DNA of 62,808 nt from Clostridia bacterium (lineage in GTDB: Bacteria; Bacillota; Clostridia; Oscillospirales; CAG-272), in the NCBI GenBank assembly GCA_017455185.1, contig JAFTBN010000061.1, forward strand, positions 1 to 62,808. The letters run 5' to 3'. Within the stretch, counting starts at the first letter, position 1, and every line of letters starts with the position of its first letter. The position numbers were made by a program, and so were the translations under genes. This document shows positions 37,532-47,438 of the stretch, one piece after another. Below the pieces are notes generated by a model. It was not told the DNA's origin, ran no database searches, and saw only the letters and a program-made list of their open reading frames with translations.

Positions 37532-40194
37532 ATGAAGATCTTTCTTTTCCGGAACAGAAGATAACGGAAGTGGAAGTGGAACATGAGGTGAAGCAGTCAT
37601 TCATCGAGTATGCGATGTCTGTTATCATGTCTCGTGCCCTGCCGGACGTAAGGGACGGTCTGAAACCCGGTCAGCGCCGGATTCTGTATGCGATGTACGA
37701 GGACCATCTGACGCACGATCATCCGTTTTTGAAATCGGCGACCACGGTCGGTGACGTGCTGGGCCGGTATCATCCGCACGGAGATGCCGCCGTATACGGA
37801 ACCATGGTTCGTATGGCGCAGCCTTTCTCCATGAGGCATCCGCTGATTGAAGGACACGGAAACTTCGGTTCCGTGGACGGAGACCCGCCTGCCGCCTACC
37901 GTTATACCGAGGCCAGACTGGAACGCATCGCGGATGAAATGCTGCGGGATCTGGACGAAAACGCGGTCGAGATGGTGCCGAACTTCGACAACCGGCTCAA
38001 GGAACCAGCGATTCTTCCTTCCCGGTTCCCGAACTTTTTGGTCAACGGTGCGGTCGGTATTGCCGTCGGTATGGCAACCAACGTTCCTCCCCACAACCTC
38101 GGAGAAGTCATTGACGCCACGGTGTACCGGATCGAGCATCCGGATTGCACGGTGGAAGAACTGATGCAGTTCATCAAGGGGCCGGATTTCCCGACCTACG
38201 GAACGATTCACGGCACAAGAGGCATCAAAGAGGCGTATGAAACGGGTAAAGGCCGGATTTATGTCCGTGCCAAGGCAACCGTGGAAGAAGAGCATCACCG
38301 CATCATCGTGACCGAAATCCCGTTCATGGTGAACAAATCCCTGCTGTGCGAAAACATTGCCAATCTGGTAAAGGAAAAGCGCATTGAAGGAATCACCGAC
38401 ATGCGCGACGAGTCCGGACGGGCCGGTATGCGCATCGTCATTGAGTACCGCCGCGACGCGAACGGGGAAATTATTTTAAATCAGCTGTACAAGTACACCC
38501 AGCTGCAGGATACCTGTTCGGTGAACATGCTGGCCCTGGTCGGCACCGAGCCGAAGATCCTGAATCTGCAGCAGGTATTGGATTATTACATCGCCCACCA
38601 GGAGAAAGTGATCACCCGCAGGTCCCAGTTCCGTCTGGAAAAGGCCAAGACGCGTGCGCATATCCTGGAAGGATACCACATTGCCCTGACCAACATCGAC
38701 CGGATTTACGAGCTGATCCGTTCCTCCCGTTCCATTCCGGAGGCGAAGGAAAGACTGAAGAACGAACTGTTTACCGTCGAATTCGCAGACGGATATGTGG
38801 AACACAATCTGGATCCCGCTCTTGTGGTCGAAGGAAATCTCAGACATCTGTCGGATGAACAGGCGCAGGCTATCGTAGACATGCCTTTGGGCCGTCTGAC
38901 CGGCATGGAGCGCGACAAGATTGAGGAAGAACTGGCGCGGCTGCATGCCAATATCCTCGAGCTGGAGGCCATTTTGGGCGACATTGAAAAGGTACGGGAA
39001 ATCATCCGGACCGAAATGCTGGAAATCAAGGACAAATACGCCAATCCGAGAAGAACCCGGATCGAAGAGGCGATTGACGACATCAAGCTGGAAGATCTGA
39101 TTGAACGTCACACCTGCGTCATCACCATGACGCACAGCGGCTATATCAAGCGGCTTCCCGCGGACACCTATTCGGCGCAGCGCCGGGGCGGCAAGGGCCT
39201 GAACGGGATGACCCTCAAAGAGGAGGATTTCCTTGAAAAGGTAATCGCCGTAGACAGTCATTCCATCTTGCTGCTCTTTACGAATTTCGGCCGCGTGTAT
39301 GCCAAACGCGCGTTTGAGGTCCCGGAGGCGGACCGTACCGCCAAGGGCAAGAGCGTCCAGAATCTGCTGGAACTCCAGCCGGAAGAAAGAATTACGACGC
39401 TTCTCAGCGTTTCCGGATTCTCGGATGAGGCATACCTGACCATGGTGACCCGCCGAGGCGTCATCAAACGCACGGTGCTTTCCGCATTTGCTTATCAGCG
39501 CAAAGGAGGAAAGAAGGCCATTACGCTGCAGGAAGGGGACGAATTGCTGTTTGTGCGCGTAACGCACGGACAGGATGAGCTGATTCTGGCAACGCATGAG
39601 GGCCGCGCAATCCGCTTCAGCGAAGAAGCGGTGCGCTCTATGGGCCGTTCGGCGGCCGGTGTGCGCGGAATCCGTCTTTCGGGCGACGATTACGTGGTCG
39701 GCGTGACGTATGTGGAACCGAGCAAGAAACTGGTCAGCATTACGGAGAACGGTTTCGGAAAGATGACGGAATACGAGCAGTTCCGTCTGATGAAAACCAG
39801 AGGCAACCGCGGCGTCGTAGCGCATAAACTGACGGCAAAGACCGGCAAGCTGGCCGGAATCGCTTCGGTGGATGAAACCGAGGACCTGATGCTGATGACC
39901 AACGAAGGGCAGATCATCCGCTTCCATGTAAGCGACATTCCCGTCCACGCAAGAGCGACTTCGGGCGTCATCATCATGAGACTGGCAGACGGACAGAAGA
40001 TCGCTAACTTTACAAAAGTCGCCGAGCAAGAAGAAAAGACCGAAGAGACCGGCACCGGCGAACTGTTGCAAGGAGAAGGGGCTCAGGAAGAATTTGCGGA
40101 GGAGAATCCGTCAGATCTTGAATCCATGGACGTGGAAGAGCCCGATTACGAGGAAGATGAAGAAGAAGAGGAAGAAGATGAAGAGGAATCCTGA
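37501..40194 (+). CDS. gyrA: DNA gyrase subunit A (acidic C-terminal tail)
   Basis: GTG start 7 nt after GGGAGGA. Has [29 protein letters not shown], the active-site region, six-bladed CTD repeats, and ends [19 protein letters not shown]. Confidence 0.95.
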   Translation: MDNSKGKNQLNEDLSFPEQKITEVEVEHEVKQSFIEYAMSVIMSRALPDVRDGLKPGQRRILYAMYEDHLTHDHPFLKSATTVGDVLGRYHPHGDAAVYGTMVRMAQPFSMRHPLIEGHGNFGSVDGDPPAAYRYTEARLERIADEMLRDLDENAVEMVPNFDNRLKEPAILPSRFPNFLVNGAVGIAVGMATNVPPHNLGEVIDATVYRIEHPDCTVEELMQFIKGPDFPTYGTIHGTRGIKEAYETGKGRIYVRAKATVEEEHHRIIVTEIPFMVNKSLLCENIANLVKEKRIEGITDMRDESGRAGMRIVIEYRRDANGEIILNQLYKYTQLQDTCSVNMLALVGTEPKILNLQQVLDYYIAHQEKVITRRSQFRLEKAKTRAHILEGYHIALTNIDRIYELIRSSRSIPEAKERLKNELFTVEFADGYVEHNLDPALVVEGNLRHLSDEQAQAIVDMPLGRLTGMERDKIEEELARLHANILELEAILGDIEKVREIIRTEMLEIKDKYANPRRTRIEEAIDDIKLEDLIERHTCVITMTHSGYIKRLPADTYSAQRRGGKGLNGMTLKEEDFLEKVIAVDSHSILLLFTNFGRVYAKRAFEVPEADRTAKGKSVQNLLELQPEERITTLLSVSGFSDEAYLTMVTRRGVIKRTVLSAFAYQRKGGKKAITLQEGDELLFVRVTHGQDELILATHEGRAIRFSEEAVRSMGRSAAGVRGIRLSGDDYVVGVTYVEPSKKLVSITENGFGKMTEYEQFRLMKTRGNRGVVAHKLTAKTGKLAGIASVDETEDLMLMTNEGQIIRFHVSDIPVHARATSGVIIMRLADGQKIANFTKVAEQEEKTEETGTGELLQGEGAQEEFAEENPSDLESMDVEEPDYEEDEEEEEEDEEES

Positions 40195-40834
40195 CGGAAA
40201 GAGTCGGATTTGGAGTTGTCTTGTTGTTCTGATTCTTCTTTGCGCTTCCCTTCTCTGCTCCTGCAAAGCAGATGTGCCCCGAAAAGACGAAATTGAGCAG
40301 AGGGTAAAATGGCTGATTGAAAAAAGTTACCCTCTCAACACCGTCCTGTACGGAGTCGGAATGCCGGTCTATTCCAAAGATTCAAAAAAAGCGGAAATTG
40401 AATATTTATATGATAGTTTTAATTCAATTTATACGTCATATGACATTATTACGCCATATTCAAGCTATTTAACCATTGAAGAATTCAAAATGGCCGCGGA
40501 AGAGGTCTTTTCAACGTCCTATCTGCAATCTCTTTATGCGGTTTTGTTTGACGGGCTTCTTCTGGAATACGGCAGCGACGGGCAGGTGCTTTTGGCGGAC
40601 TATTCGGAGGATTCAGATTGGATTTATCAGAGCAGAACGAAATCTGCTTTGGTCGATTGGCAGAGAATCTATGACTATTCCAGCATGCAGATCTCCCGAA
40701 GAGGCAATCAGAACCGGGTTCAGATTACTCTTGATACCTACAAAGCAGGAGAGACCGATAAGGAACCTCTTCCGGTTCGGCTGAATCTGATTTATGAGAG
40801 AGGAAACTGGTATCTGGACTCTCCAACTTATTAA
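40178..40834 (+). CDS. hypothetical lipoprotein (AT-rich gene)
   Basis: Track ORF 40094..40834. The plausible start is ATG 40178 (or 40157), inside the gyrA tail. Signal peptide ends with lipobox LLCSC. No family recognised. Confidence 0.6.
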   Translation: MKRNPDGKSRIWSCLVVLILLCASLLCSCKADVPRKDEIEQRVKWLIEKSYPLNTVLYGVGMPVYSKDSKKAEIEYLYDSFNSIYTSYDIITPYSSYLTIEEFKMAAEEVFSTSYLQSLYAVLFDGLLLEYGSDGQVLLADYSEDSDWIYQSRTKSALVDWQRIYDYSSMQISRRGNQNRVQITLDTYKAGETDKEPLPVRLNLIYERGNWYLDSPTY

Positions 40835-40866
40835 AAAGGCGAGACGATAAAGCTTGCACTTCAAAT

Positions 40867-40882
40867 TGTTTCACGTGGAACA
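40867..40882. other. parS: parS site 1 (ParB-binding centromere-like site)
   Basis: TGTTTCACGTGGAACA is the exact complement of the B. subtilis-type consensus TGTTCCACGTGAAACA. Confidence 0.85.
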
Positions 40883-40891
40883 AAATCAAGT

Positions 40892-40907
40892 TGTTTCACG
40901 TGAAACA
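40892..40907. other. parS: parS site 2
   Basis: TGTTTCACGTGAAACA, a perfect 16-bp palindrome. Confidence 0.85.
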
Positions 40908-40926
40908 TTTTTTCAGGACAGGTTAG

Positions 40927-40942
40927 TGTTTCACGTGGAACA
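40927..40942. other. parS: parS site 3
   Basis: TGTTTCACGTGGAACA. Confidence 0.85.
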
Positions 40943-40956
40943 AACACAGGGATGTA

Positions 40957-40972
40957 TGTTCCACGTGAAACA
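40957..40972. other. parS: parS site 4
   Basis: TGTTCCACGTGAAACA. Confidence 0.85.
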
Positions 40973-40981
40973 GTAAAGAGA

Positions 40982-40997
40982 TGTTCCACGTGGAACA
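40982..40997. other. parS: parS site 5
   Basis: TGTTCCACGTGGAACA, a perfect palindrome. It overlaps the spurious ATG at 40981 that opens the mnmG track ORF. Confidence 0.85.
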
Positions 40998-41010
40998 AAT
41001 AGGAAACAGT

Positions 41011-42900
41011 ATGAGTGAAGTTAATTACAAAACAAAAACAGATGTTGTCGTAATCGGGGCGGGACATGCCGGGGTTGAAGCAGCAATTGCTTCTGCCAAA
41101 ATTGGCGCGGATACCGTTCTTTTCACAATTTCTCTGGATGCCATTGCCAATATGCCTTGTAACCCATCCATCGGCGGATCTGCAAAAGGTCATTTGGTAT
41201 ATGAAGTGGATGCTCTAGGAGGCGTGATGGGCAGGATAGCCGATCAAGTTACCTTGCAGAGTCGCACTCTTAATACAGGCAAAGGTGCAGCAGTTCATGC
41301 GAAACGGGTGCAGGCGGATCGAGCACTGTACCGTCTTCTGATGAAGGAAGAACTGGAGCATACACGCGGATTGCGGGTGGTTCAGGGTGAAGTCGTTGAA
41401 ATTTTGACCGAAGTCCTGGACGGTAAACAAAAAATATGCGGCGTAAGAACCAAATTGGGAGAAGAGTACGCCTGTTCATGCGTCATTGTCGCAACCGGAA
41501 CCTATCTGAAGTCCGAAATCTTTGTCGGGAACGTTCACTATTCATCCGGACCCGATGGGTTTCATTCTGCAGACTCCTTGTCTGCTTCCCTTATGGAACA
41601 TGGGGTGAAACTTGTTCGGTTTAAAACCGGAACCCCTCCCCGTGTCAAAAAGGAAACGATCGATTTTGATCAACTTGCTATTCAGGATGGGGAAGAGAAT
41701 CCTCTCCCCTTCTCTGCTGAGACGCCGGAGAATTATCTGGAAGGTAAGGAGCAGGTTCCCTGTCACATCGTATACACGAATGCAGACACTCATTCCATTA
41801 TTTTAAGCAATATCAAGCGATCTGCGCTCTTTTCCGGGAACATTCACGGAACAGGACCAAGATATTGCCCTTCCATTGAGGACAAACTGGTTCGTTTTGC
41901 CGACAAGGAGAGACATCAGCTGTTTGTGGAGCCGTTGGGACGAAATACAGAAGAAATGTACATTCAAGGCTTTTCCACTTCCCTTCCGACGGATGTTCAG
42001 GTAGACATGCTGCATTCTCTCAAGGGGTTTGAGCACGCTCAGATTATGCGGTATGCGTATGCAATTGAGTATGACTGTGTCGATCCTTTGCAATTGAATG
42101 CATCTCTGGAATTCAAAAATATATCTGGCCTGTTTGGAGCAGGTCAGTTTAACGGTACGTCCGGATACGAGGAAGCGGCCGCGCAAGGTTTGATAGCCGG
42201 TATCAATGCTGCTTCTTATATAAAAGGAAGAAAGCCATTGGTCCTTTCAAGAGATTCTTCCTATATCGGAACGTTGATTGACGATCTGGTTGTGAAAGGA
42301 ACGAATGAGCCTTACCGTATGATGACTTCCCGTTCAGAGTTTCGGCTGTTATTGCGTCAAGATAATGCAGATGAGCGCCTGACACGCTATGGATATGAGT
42401 ACGGACTCATTTCCGAGGAACGGTATCAAGCTTTTCTCGCTAAGCAGGAACGGATCTGTGCGGAGATGGAGCGTCTTGAAACAACTTTTCTCTCTCCGGC
42501 TGTAGTGAATGCATTTCTTGTCCGGTACGGAGAAGCGGAAGTACAATCCGGTATTTCTCTTGCCGATTTGCTTCGACGTCCTGCGTTTACTTATGCTATG
42601 TGTAACGAAATCGACACAGAACGGCCTGTTTTGTCCAGGCGTGAACAAATGTCCGTGGAAGTGAACGTCAAGTATGCCGGATATATCAAGCGGCAGCAAT
42701 CCAGTGCTGAAAGGCTTCATCATTTGGATCAAAAGGCACTGCCGGACGGGCTGGATTACTTTACCATCAAAGGCCTAAGAATTGAAGCGGCGCAAAAGCT
42801 GAATCAATTCAAACCGCAGACGATTGGCCAGGCGTCCCGTATCAGCGGCGTCAATCCGGCTGACATTACCGTATTGTTGATCTATTTAGGGCTGAAATGA
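41011..42900 (+). CDS. mnmG: tRNA uridine 5-carboxymethylaminomethyl modification enzyme MnmG (GidA)
   Basis: Track ORF 40981..42900. ATG 41011 is preferred (MSEVNYKTKTDVVVIGAGHAGVEAA, FAD-binding GxGxxG). Full-length GidA body, 629 aa. Confidence 0.9.
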   Translation: MSEVNYKTKTDVVVIGAGHAGVEAAIASAKIGADTVLFTISLDAIANMPCNPSIGGSAKGHLVYEVDALGGVMGRIADQVTLQSRTLNTGKGAAVHAKRVQADRALYRLLMKEELEHTRGLRVVQGEVVEILTEVLDGKQKICGVRTKLGEEYACSCVIVATGTYLKSEIFVGNVHYSSGPDGFHSADSLSASLMEHGVKLVRFKTGTPPRVKKETIDFDQLAIQDGEENPLPFSAETPENYLEGKEQVPCHIVYTNADTHSIILSNIKRSALFSGNIHGTGPRYCPSIEDKLVRFADKERHQLFVEPLGRNTEEMYIQGFSTSLPTDVQVDMLHSLKGFEHAQIMRYAYAIEYDCVDPLQLNASLEFKNISGLFGAGQFNGTSGYEEAAAQGLIAGINAASYIKGRKPLVLSRDSSYIGTLIDDLVVKGTNEPYRMMTSRSEFRLLLRQDNADERLTRYGYEYGLISEERYQAFLAKQERICAEMERLETTFLSPAVVNAFLVRYGEAEVQSGISLADLLRRPAFTYAMCNEIDTERPVLSRREQMSVEVNVKYAGYIKRQQSSAERLHHLDQKALPDGLDYFTIKGLRIEAAQKLNQFKPQTIGQASRISGVNPADITVLLIYLGLK

Positions 42901-43649
42901 TGAATTTTGAGAACAAATCGAACGAGTTTGAAGTTTTTCATACACAACTGAAGGAAGCGTTGGGGGCTCTTGGAATCAAGGCGCTTTCAGATGCACAGGC
43001 GGATCAACTTTACAGATATCATCTCCTTCTATACAAGACCAATGAAGAGATGAATCTTACGGCTGTTCCGGAAGGCGACGCTGTCCCTCTGCATTATGTG
43101 GATTCTTTGCTTGCTTCTTCTTTTTTGCCAAACAAGGGGCAGGTGCTGGATGTTGGAACCGGTGCCGGTCTTCCGCTCATTCCTTTGGCGATAGCGAGAC
43201 CTGATTTGACCTTTGTTGGATTAGACAGCACGGAAAAGAAGGTGTCTTTTGTCAGAAAGACGATCAAGGATCTTGGACTGGAGAATGTGCAAGTCTGGTA
43301 TGGAAGAGCGGAAGAATTGGCAAATCAATACAGGGAATCCTTTGATGCCGTCATGGCAAGAGCGGTTGCAAATCTATATACCTTATCTGAACTATGTATT
43401 CCTTTTCTTAAGATTGGCTGTGACTTTATAGCGTTGAAAGGTTCTCTTGCAGACAAAGAACTGACTGCTTCTTTGAATCACATTATGGAACTGGGATGCG
43501 ATAAACCGAAGCGGAATGAGTTTGAACTGCCGGTTCGCGGGGAAACTCAAAAGAGAGTTGTTCTCTCGCTTCGCAAAGTTAAATCGACTCCGGCTGGTTT
43601 TCCTCGAAGGTTTGGCGCTATCAAGAAAGCGGCCTTGCAAATACAGTAA
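42897..43649 (+). CDS. rsmG: 16S rRNA (guanine527-N7)-methyltransferase RsmG (GidB)
   Basis: 250 aa with the SAM motif VLDVGTGAGLPLIPLAI. Start overlaps the mnmG stop (ATGA). Confidence 0.9.
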   Translation: MMNFENKSNEFEVFHTQLKEALGALGIKALSDAQADQLYRYHLLLYKTNEEMNLTAVPEGDAVPLHYVDSLLASSFLPNKGQVLDVGTGAGLPLIPLAIARPDLTFVGLDSTEKKVSFVRKTIKDLGLENVQVWYGRAEELANQYRESFDAVMARAVANLYTLSELCIPFLKIGCDFIALKGSLADKELTASLNHIMELGCDKPKRNEFELPVRGETQKRVVLSLRKVKSTPAGFPRRFGAIKKAALQIQ

Positions 43650-43650
43650 T

Positions 43651-43666
43651 TGTTCCACGTGAAACA
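43651..43666. other. parS: parS site 6
   Basis: TGTTCCACGTGAAACA, 2 nt after the rsmG stop. A degenerate half-site (GGTTTCACGTGGTTCT) follows at 43669-43684. Confidence 0.85.
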
Positions 43667-43833
43667 ACTGGTTTCACGTGGTTCTTTTTGTGCCTGTATA
43701 GCTCTGACGTAAAATCAACCGAAATCCGGTTTTTCAACAACCAGTCCTATAGCTGGGCTGACTTTCAGGTTGGCTTAGCTGCTTGCTTCGCTTCTTGCTG
43801 ATTCTGGGGAAGGGAAGGGCAACGTTGATTCAT

Positions 43834-43849
43834 TGTTTCACGTGAAACA
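43834..43849. other. parS: parS site 7
   Basis: TGTTTCACGTGAAACA. Confidence 0.85.
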
Positions 43850-43952
43850 ATTATGATTTTCGGATTTTTGGGGACACCTATCAGTTCATTGCCTCAGATT
43901 GTACAACTTAGAACATAAGACTTTCTCTGCAACATAGAGTTGTCTCATATTT

Positions 43953-43968
43953 TGTTTCACGTGGAACA
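43953..43968. other. parS: parS site 8
   Basis: TGTTTCACGTGGAACA. Confidence 0.85.
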
Positions 43969-44131
43969 ATTTGACTTGTCTGTTGTTCTGCGTTATATGC
44001 GTTTGTGGCTTGATTCCATAGAGAGTATCCGTAATCGATTCTTCAACTTCTGCGAGGGTCTCGAGACTATACTTTCCATCAGCTTTTGTTTTCAATTTGT
44101 TTGCGAGTTCTGAATCAATTATGGCTGGATT

Positions 44132-44147
44132 TGTTCCACGTGAAACA
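44132..44147. other. parS: parS site 9
   Basis: TGTTCCACGTGAAACA. Confidence 0.85.
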
Positions 44148-44252
44148 TTGGCTCTGTTTCTCTTGCTCATATGAAGCAGGAATAGAATTCAGAGCCTAAC
44201 AATTCATATCTGAACTCGATTCTTTTCTTATCCTAATGCTTGCACCGATCAT

Positions 44253-44268
44253 TGTTTCACGTGAAACA
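44253..44268. other. parS: parS site 10
   Basis: TGTTTCACGTGAAACA. Confidence 0.85.
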
Positions 44269-44308
44269 TTTTTCTCTCAGCTCTTCACCGTTTTTTGCCC
44301 TAGGTTTT

Positions 44309-44324
44309 TGTTTCACGTGAAACA
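44309..44324. other. parS: parS site 11
   Basis: TGTTTCACGTGAAACA. Confidence 0.85.
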
Positions 44325-44884
44325 TAATCCTTATGATCAATTCAGAATTGCCTGCTTATGTTTGGCGATTTGTGTATCTTTATAGACTGTTTGATTCGGA
44401 ATCATCAATGCCTATCGAATCTGTTTTCTTTTCATGCAGATGGTTGCATGGTTCCGCTTGTATGGCACAGCCGCGTGGACTTCATAGTACAATGAAAGCC
44501 GCCACTTGCGAAACCGGTGAACAAGGTGCTTGGCGTACCGGTCGCTGGTGAGCATGGAATTCCATACGGAATGGAATCTGTCAAGTCGCGATTTCCTTTT
44601 GTACATCAGACGCACAGTAGGTAAGGGTTAGCTTTTAAGGCAATATCCGTCAGGAAATCCATTTATAATTCGTTCTGAATCTGGATAGGACTCTGTTTTC
44701 TGTAAGCGACGATTGCATTTCTTTGTTTGAGAATTTTGAGAGCATGAGAATCCAATCGACGCCCTTTAACGGAACGAAGACGTAAAACGCGCATACATTT
44801 TGTTCAAATTCACAATTTGTTCATATTTTTCCGTTCTATCTATGTTATACTATTTATATATTCTTTCTATTTAGGGAGTTTGCC

Positions 44885-45646
44885 GTGGGAAAAGTTATTT
44901 CATTTGCTAATCAAAAAGGAGGCGTCGGAAAGACGACGTCCGCTGTAAACGTGGCTGCTTCGCTGGGCGTTCTTGGATTCAAGACTCTGCTGATCGACCT
45001 CGATCCCCAGGGTAATGCCACATCCGGTGTCGGTATTATCAAAAAGGGCTTGAAAAAAACCACAATGGATCTTCTTACGCAGGACGACGGATTCGAGGAA
45101 ACCATCTATGAAACGGATTTCAAGAATCTGAAGATCGTGCCTTGCACAGTCGCTCTGGCAGGAGCGGAATTCGAAGTGGCCGAGCTGGATAATTGCGAAT
45201 ACAGGATGAAAGACGCACTGGCTACTTTCAAGGACCAGTTCGACTATATCATCATTGATTGCCCGCCTTCTCTCGGTATGCTGACCATCAACGCTCTTTC
45301 CGCTTCGGACGGCGTTATCATTCCTATGCAATGTGAATTTTATGCATTGGAAGGTCTTTCTCAGCTTATTATTACACTAACAAAGATTAAGCAACACTAC
45401 AACTCTAATTTAAGCATTACTGGCATTCTTGTGACAATGTATAATACAAGACTGCTGCTTTCCGCTCAGGTTATCGGGGAATTGAAGAAGCATTATTCGG
45501 ATAAGCTCTTCACCACACCGATTTCCCGTAACGTCAAACTTTCGGAAGCTCCGAGCTATGGTTTGCCGGTGTATTATCATTCCCGCAGTTCCAAAGGCGC
45601 CCGCGAATATCTCGCCGTGGCCAAAGAACTTTCCATGCGGATTTAA
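44885..45646 (+). CDS. parA: chromosome partitioning ATPase ParA/Soj
   Basis: GTG start after TAGGGAG. Has the deviant Walker A NQKGGVGKTT. 253 aa. Confidence 0.9.
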   Translation: MGKVISFANQKGGVGKTTSAVNVAASLGVLGFKTLLIDLDPQGNATSGVGIIKKGLKKTTMDLLTQDDGFEETIYETDFKNLKIVPCTVALAGAEFEVAELDNCEYRMKDALATFKDQFDYIIIDCPPSLGMLTINALSASDGVIIPMQCEFYALEGLSQLIITLTKIKQHYNSNLSITGILVTMYNTRLLLSAQVIGELKKHYSDKLFTTPISRNVKLSEAPSYGLPVYYHSRSSKGAREYLAVAKELSMRI

Positions 45647-45657
45647 GGAGAACGATT

Positions 45658-46566
45658 ATGGCAAAAAAAGCACAAACCGGTCTTGGCAGAGGTTTTTTGG
45701 ATCTTTATGCGGATAATATGCCTGCTTCCAAGGCGGAAGAAGTGACCACAATCAAGGTTTCCAACGTGGAGCCCCGGTCCAATCAGCCCAGAAAAGATTT
45801 TGAGCGTGAACCGATGGAGGCCCTGGCGGATTCGGTAAACAAATACGGTGTTTTACAGCCGATTTTGGTTCGGGAGAACCCGTTTTCTCCGGATCATTAT
45901 GAGATTATCGCCGGAGAGCGAAGATGGCGTGCGGCCCGCATGGCCGGTCTGAACGACATTCCTGCCATCATCTTGTCCGGAGATGACATGAAAATGGCCG
46001 AAATCGCCCTGATTGAAAACATTCAGCGTGAGGACCTCAACCCGGTGGAAGAAGCGCTGGCGTATGAGGAACTGATGACCAAGTTCGACCTGACGCAGGA
46101 GGAAGTGGCGTCGAAAGTCAACCGCAACCGTTCCACGGTCGCCAATCTTTTGCGCTTGCTCGAACTGCCCGATGACGTTCTGGCAATGTTGCGCGAAAAG
46201 ACGCTTTCCATGGGTCATGCACGGGCTTTGCTCGGCCTGGAGGATAAAACCAAGATCTCTGAACTGGCGCAGAAGGTTGTATCCCGCGGTCTGAGCGTAC
46301 GGGAAGTGGAGAATACAGTTCGGCTGTTCAATGCAAACGCAAACCGGGGACAGGCCGAAGAAGGGGAGGACTCCCCGGATGAGATGATGCAGAAATATCA
46401 GCTGCGGGACATCGAATCCAAGGCAAGAGGCATTCTGGGACGTAAACTTCGCATTGTCAAATCCGCGAAAAAGCACACGGTTGAGATTTCCTACAGTGAC
46501 GACGCGGACCTGGAAAAACTGCTCCGGACCATTTGCGGCGACGCGGTTTTCGGAGAAGAGGAGTAA
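45658..46566 (+). CDS. parB: chromosome partitioning protein ParB/Spo0J
   Basis: 302 aa with GLGRGF, PILVRE, the arginine patch IIAGERRWRAARMAG, and the HTH SQEEVASKVNRNRSTVANLLRLL. Confidence 0.9.
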   Translation: MAKKAQTGLGRGFLDLYADNMPASKAEEVTTIKVSNVEPRSNQPRKDFEREPMEALADSVNKYGVLQPILVRENPFSPDHYEIIAGERRWRAARMAGLNDIPAIILSGDDMKMAEIALIENIQREDLNPVEEALAYEELMTKFDLTQEEVASKVNRNRSTVANLLRLLELPDDVLAMLREKTLSMGHARALLGLEDKTKISELAQKVVSRGLSVREVENTVRLFNANANRGQAEEGEDSPDEMMQKYQLRDIESKARGILGRKLRIVKSAKKHTVEISYSDDADLEKLLRTICGDAVFGEEE

Positions 46567-46600
46567 AGAATGACCACGGATTGAGGGAAAGGAGGTTGTC

Positions 46601-47257
46601 ATGACGGTTCAGACTCTGGCGGAGAACATTTTTGTTGTTATCTGGGAAAACATCAGGGACAAATATCTGACGATGGAAATGGGCAATTATGACAATTTCT
46701 CTTTCAATGAGCATTCCATCATCACACCGACGCTGGTGATCGTCGGCATTACCATCGGCATCATCGTCGGAGGCCTGTTTGTCCTGCGGGACAAGCGGAT
46801 TTTGGGTTCGTTTGTGCGTGCGCTGCTCATGGACCAGTGCTATACGCCTGAAACCGCCAAGACATTGGCGGAACTCGGCTTTGAGAACAACTATTTCGTG
46901 CGGATGCATCTGAAAAAAGGACGGATCCTGGGCCGTGTGGTGCATTGCGCGGAGGCAGAGACCTTTGAGGCCGAAGTGGCTGCAAAAAAGGAAGCGTATG
47001 AGAAAGAAAACGAAGGGAAGGAAAACGTTCCGCCTTTCGTTTCCGCCCCGTTCCAGGGTGAACAGGGCAAACTCCACTATTACATCCCAAAGGAAGAGTC
47101 CTATGAGGCGGACACCCGGTTTGAGAAAAAGGGAACCAGCATCGGTGCGTATATTGCTTTGGTGATTGGGTCGCTGGTGATCATGGGGCTTCTGATTTAC
47201 CTGTTCCCGGACGCAATCCAGCTGATGGACAACGCGATCAATCTGATAAAAGGGTAA
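46601..47257 (+). CDS. hypothetical membrane protein (two TM segments flanking a charged soluble domain)
   Basis: 218 aa with a strong RBS AAGGAGG. No family recognised. Confidence 0.6.
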   Translation: MTVQTLAENIFVVIWENIRDKYLTMEMGNYDNFSFNEHSIITPTLVIVGITIGIIVGGLFVLRDKRILGSFVRALLMDQCYTPETAKTLAELGFENNYFVRMHLKKGRILGRVVHCAEAETFEAEVAAKKEAYEKENEGKENVPPFVSAPFQGEQGKLHYYIPKEESYEADTRFEKKGTSIGAYIALVIGSLVIMGLLIYLFPDAIQLMDNAINLIKG

Positions 47258-47260
47258 CGG

Positions 47261-47292
47261 AGGAGAGCGGGAGCTCCCCTCCTGCTTTGTTG
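47261..47292 (+). terminator. candidate intrinsic terminator after the parAB-membrane protein unit
   Basis: Interrupted GC stem AGGAG..GGG-agct-CCC.CTCCT followed by GCTTTGTTG. Confidence 0.45.
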
Positions 47293-47438
47293 TGGATTAT
47301 TTACAAAAGGATTGAAGCGGCGGACGGAAAAGATTGTGAAAACAGTGAAACAAAACCGCAAAGCTTCTATGGTATAATATTTATTTGTGATTTTATGTAA
47401 GGAGAAGGCTCTTTGACAGAAGAAAAGAGCCGGGCAGT

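Noticed and set aside
40861-41193. 110-aa minus-strand ORF over the mnmG upstream region.
   Set aside because: Its translation (FHVEH..., PRET..., FHVKQ...) is just the repeated parS palindromes read in frame. It also overlaps the real mnmG N-terminus.
43886-44170. 94-aa minus-strand ORF in the rsmG-parA gap (MSKRNRANVSRGTNPAIIDSELANKL...).
   Set aside because: There is no Shine-Dalgarno sequence before its ATG and no family resemblance. It contains two perfect parS sites, read as NVSRGTN and LFHVKQ. The middle part looks protein-like, so a decayed gene cannot be excluded, but I cannot support a CDS call. The ORFs at 44333..44551 (+) and 44412..44615 (-) were rejected for the same lack of signals.
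40867-44324. Whether the repeated 16-mers could be a CRISPR array or a REP/MITE family.
   Set aside because: The repeats are only 16 bp and perfectly palindromic, with irregular spacing (9-19 bp in cluster 1 and 56-183 bp in cluster 2). They are split by two genes, and they equal the parS consensus. There are no cas genes in the window.
43650-44884. A noc (second parB-like) gene between rsmG and parA.
   Set aside because: No frame in the gap is open for more than 94 codons, and none shows ParB motifs (GERRxRA, HTH). noc appears absent or decayed beyond recognition by eye.
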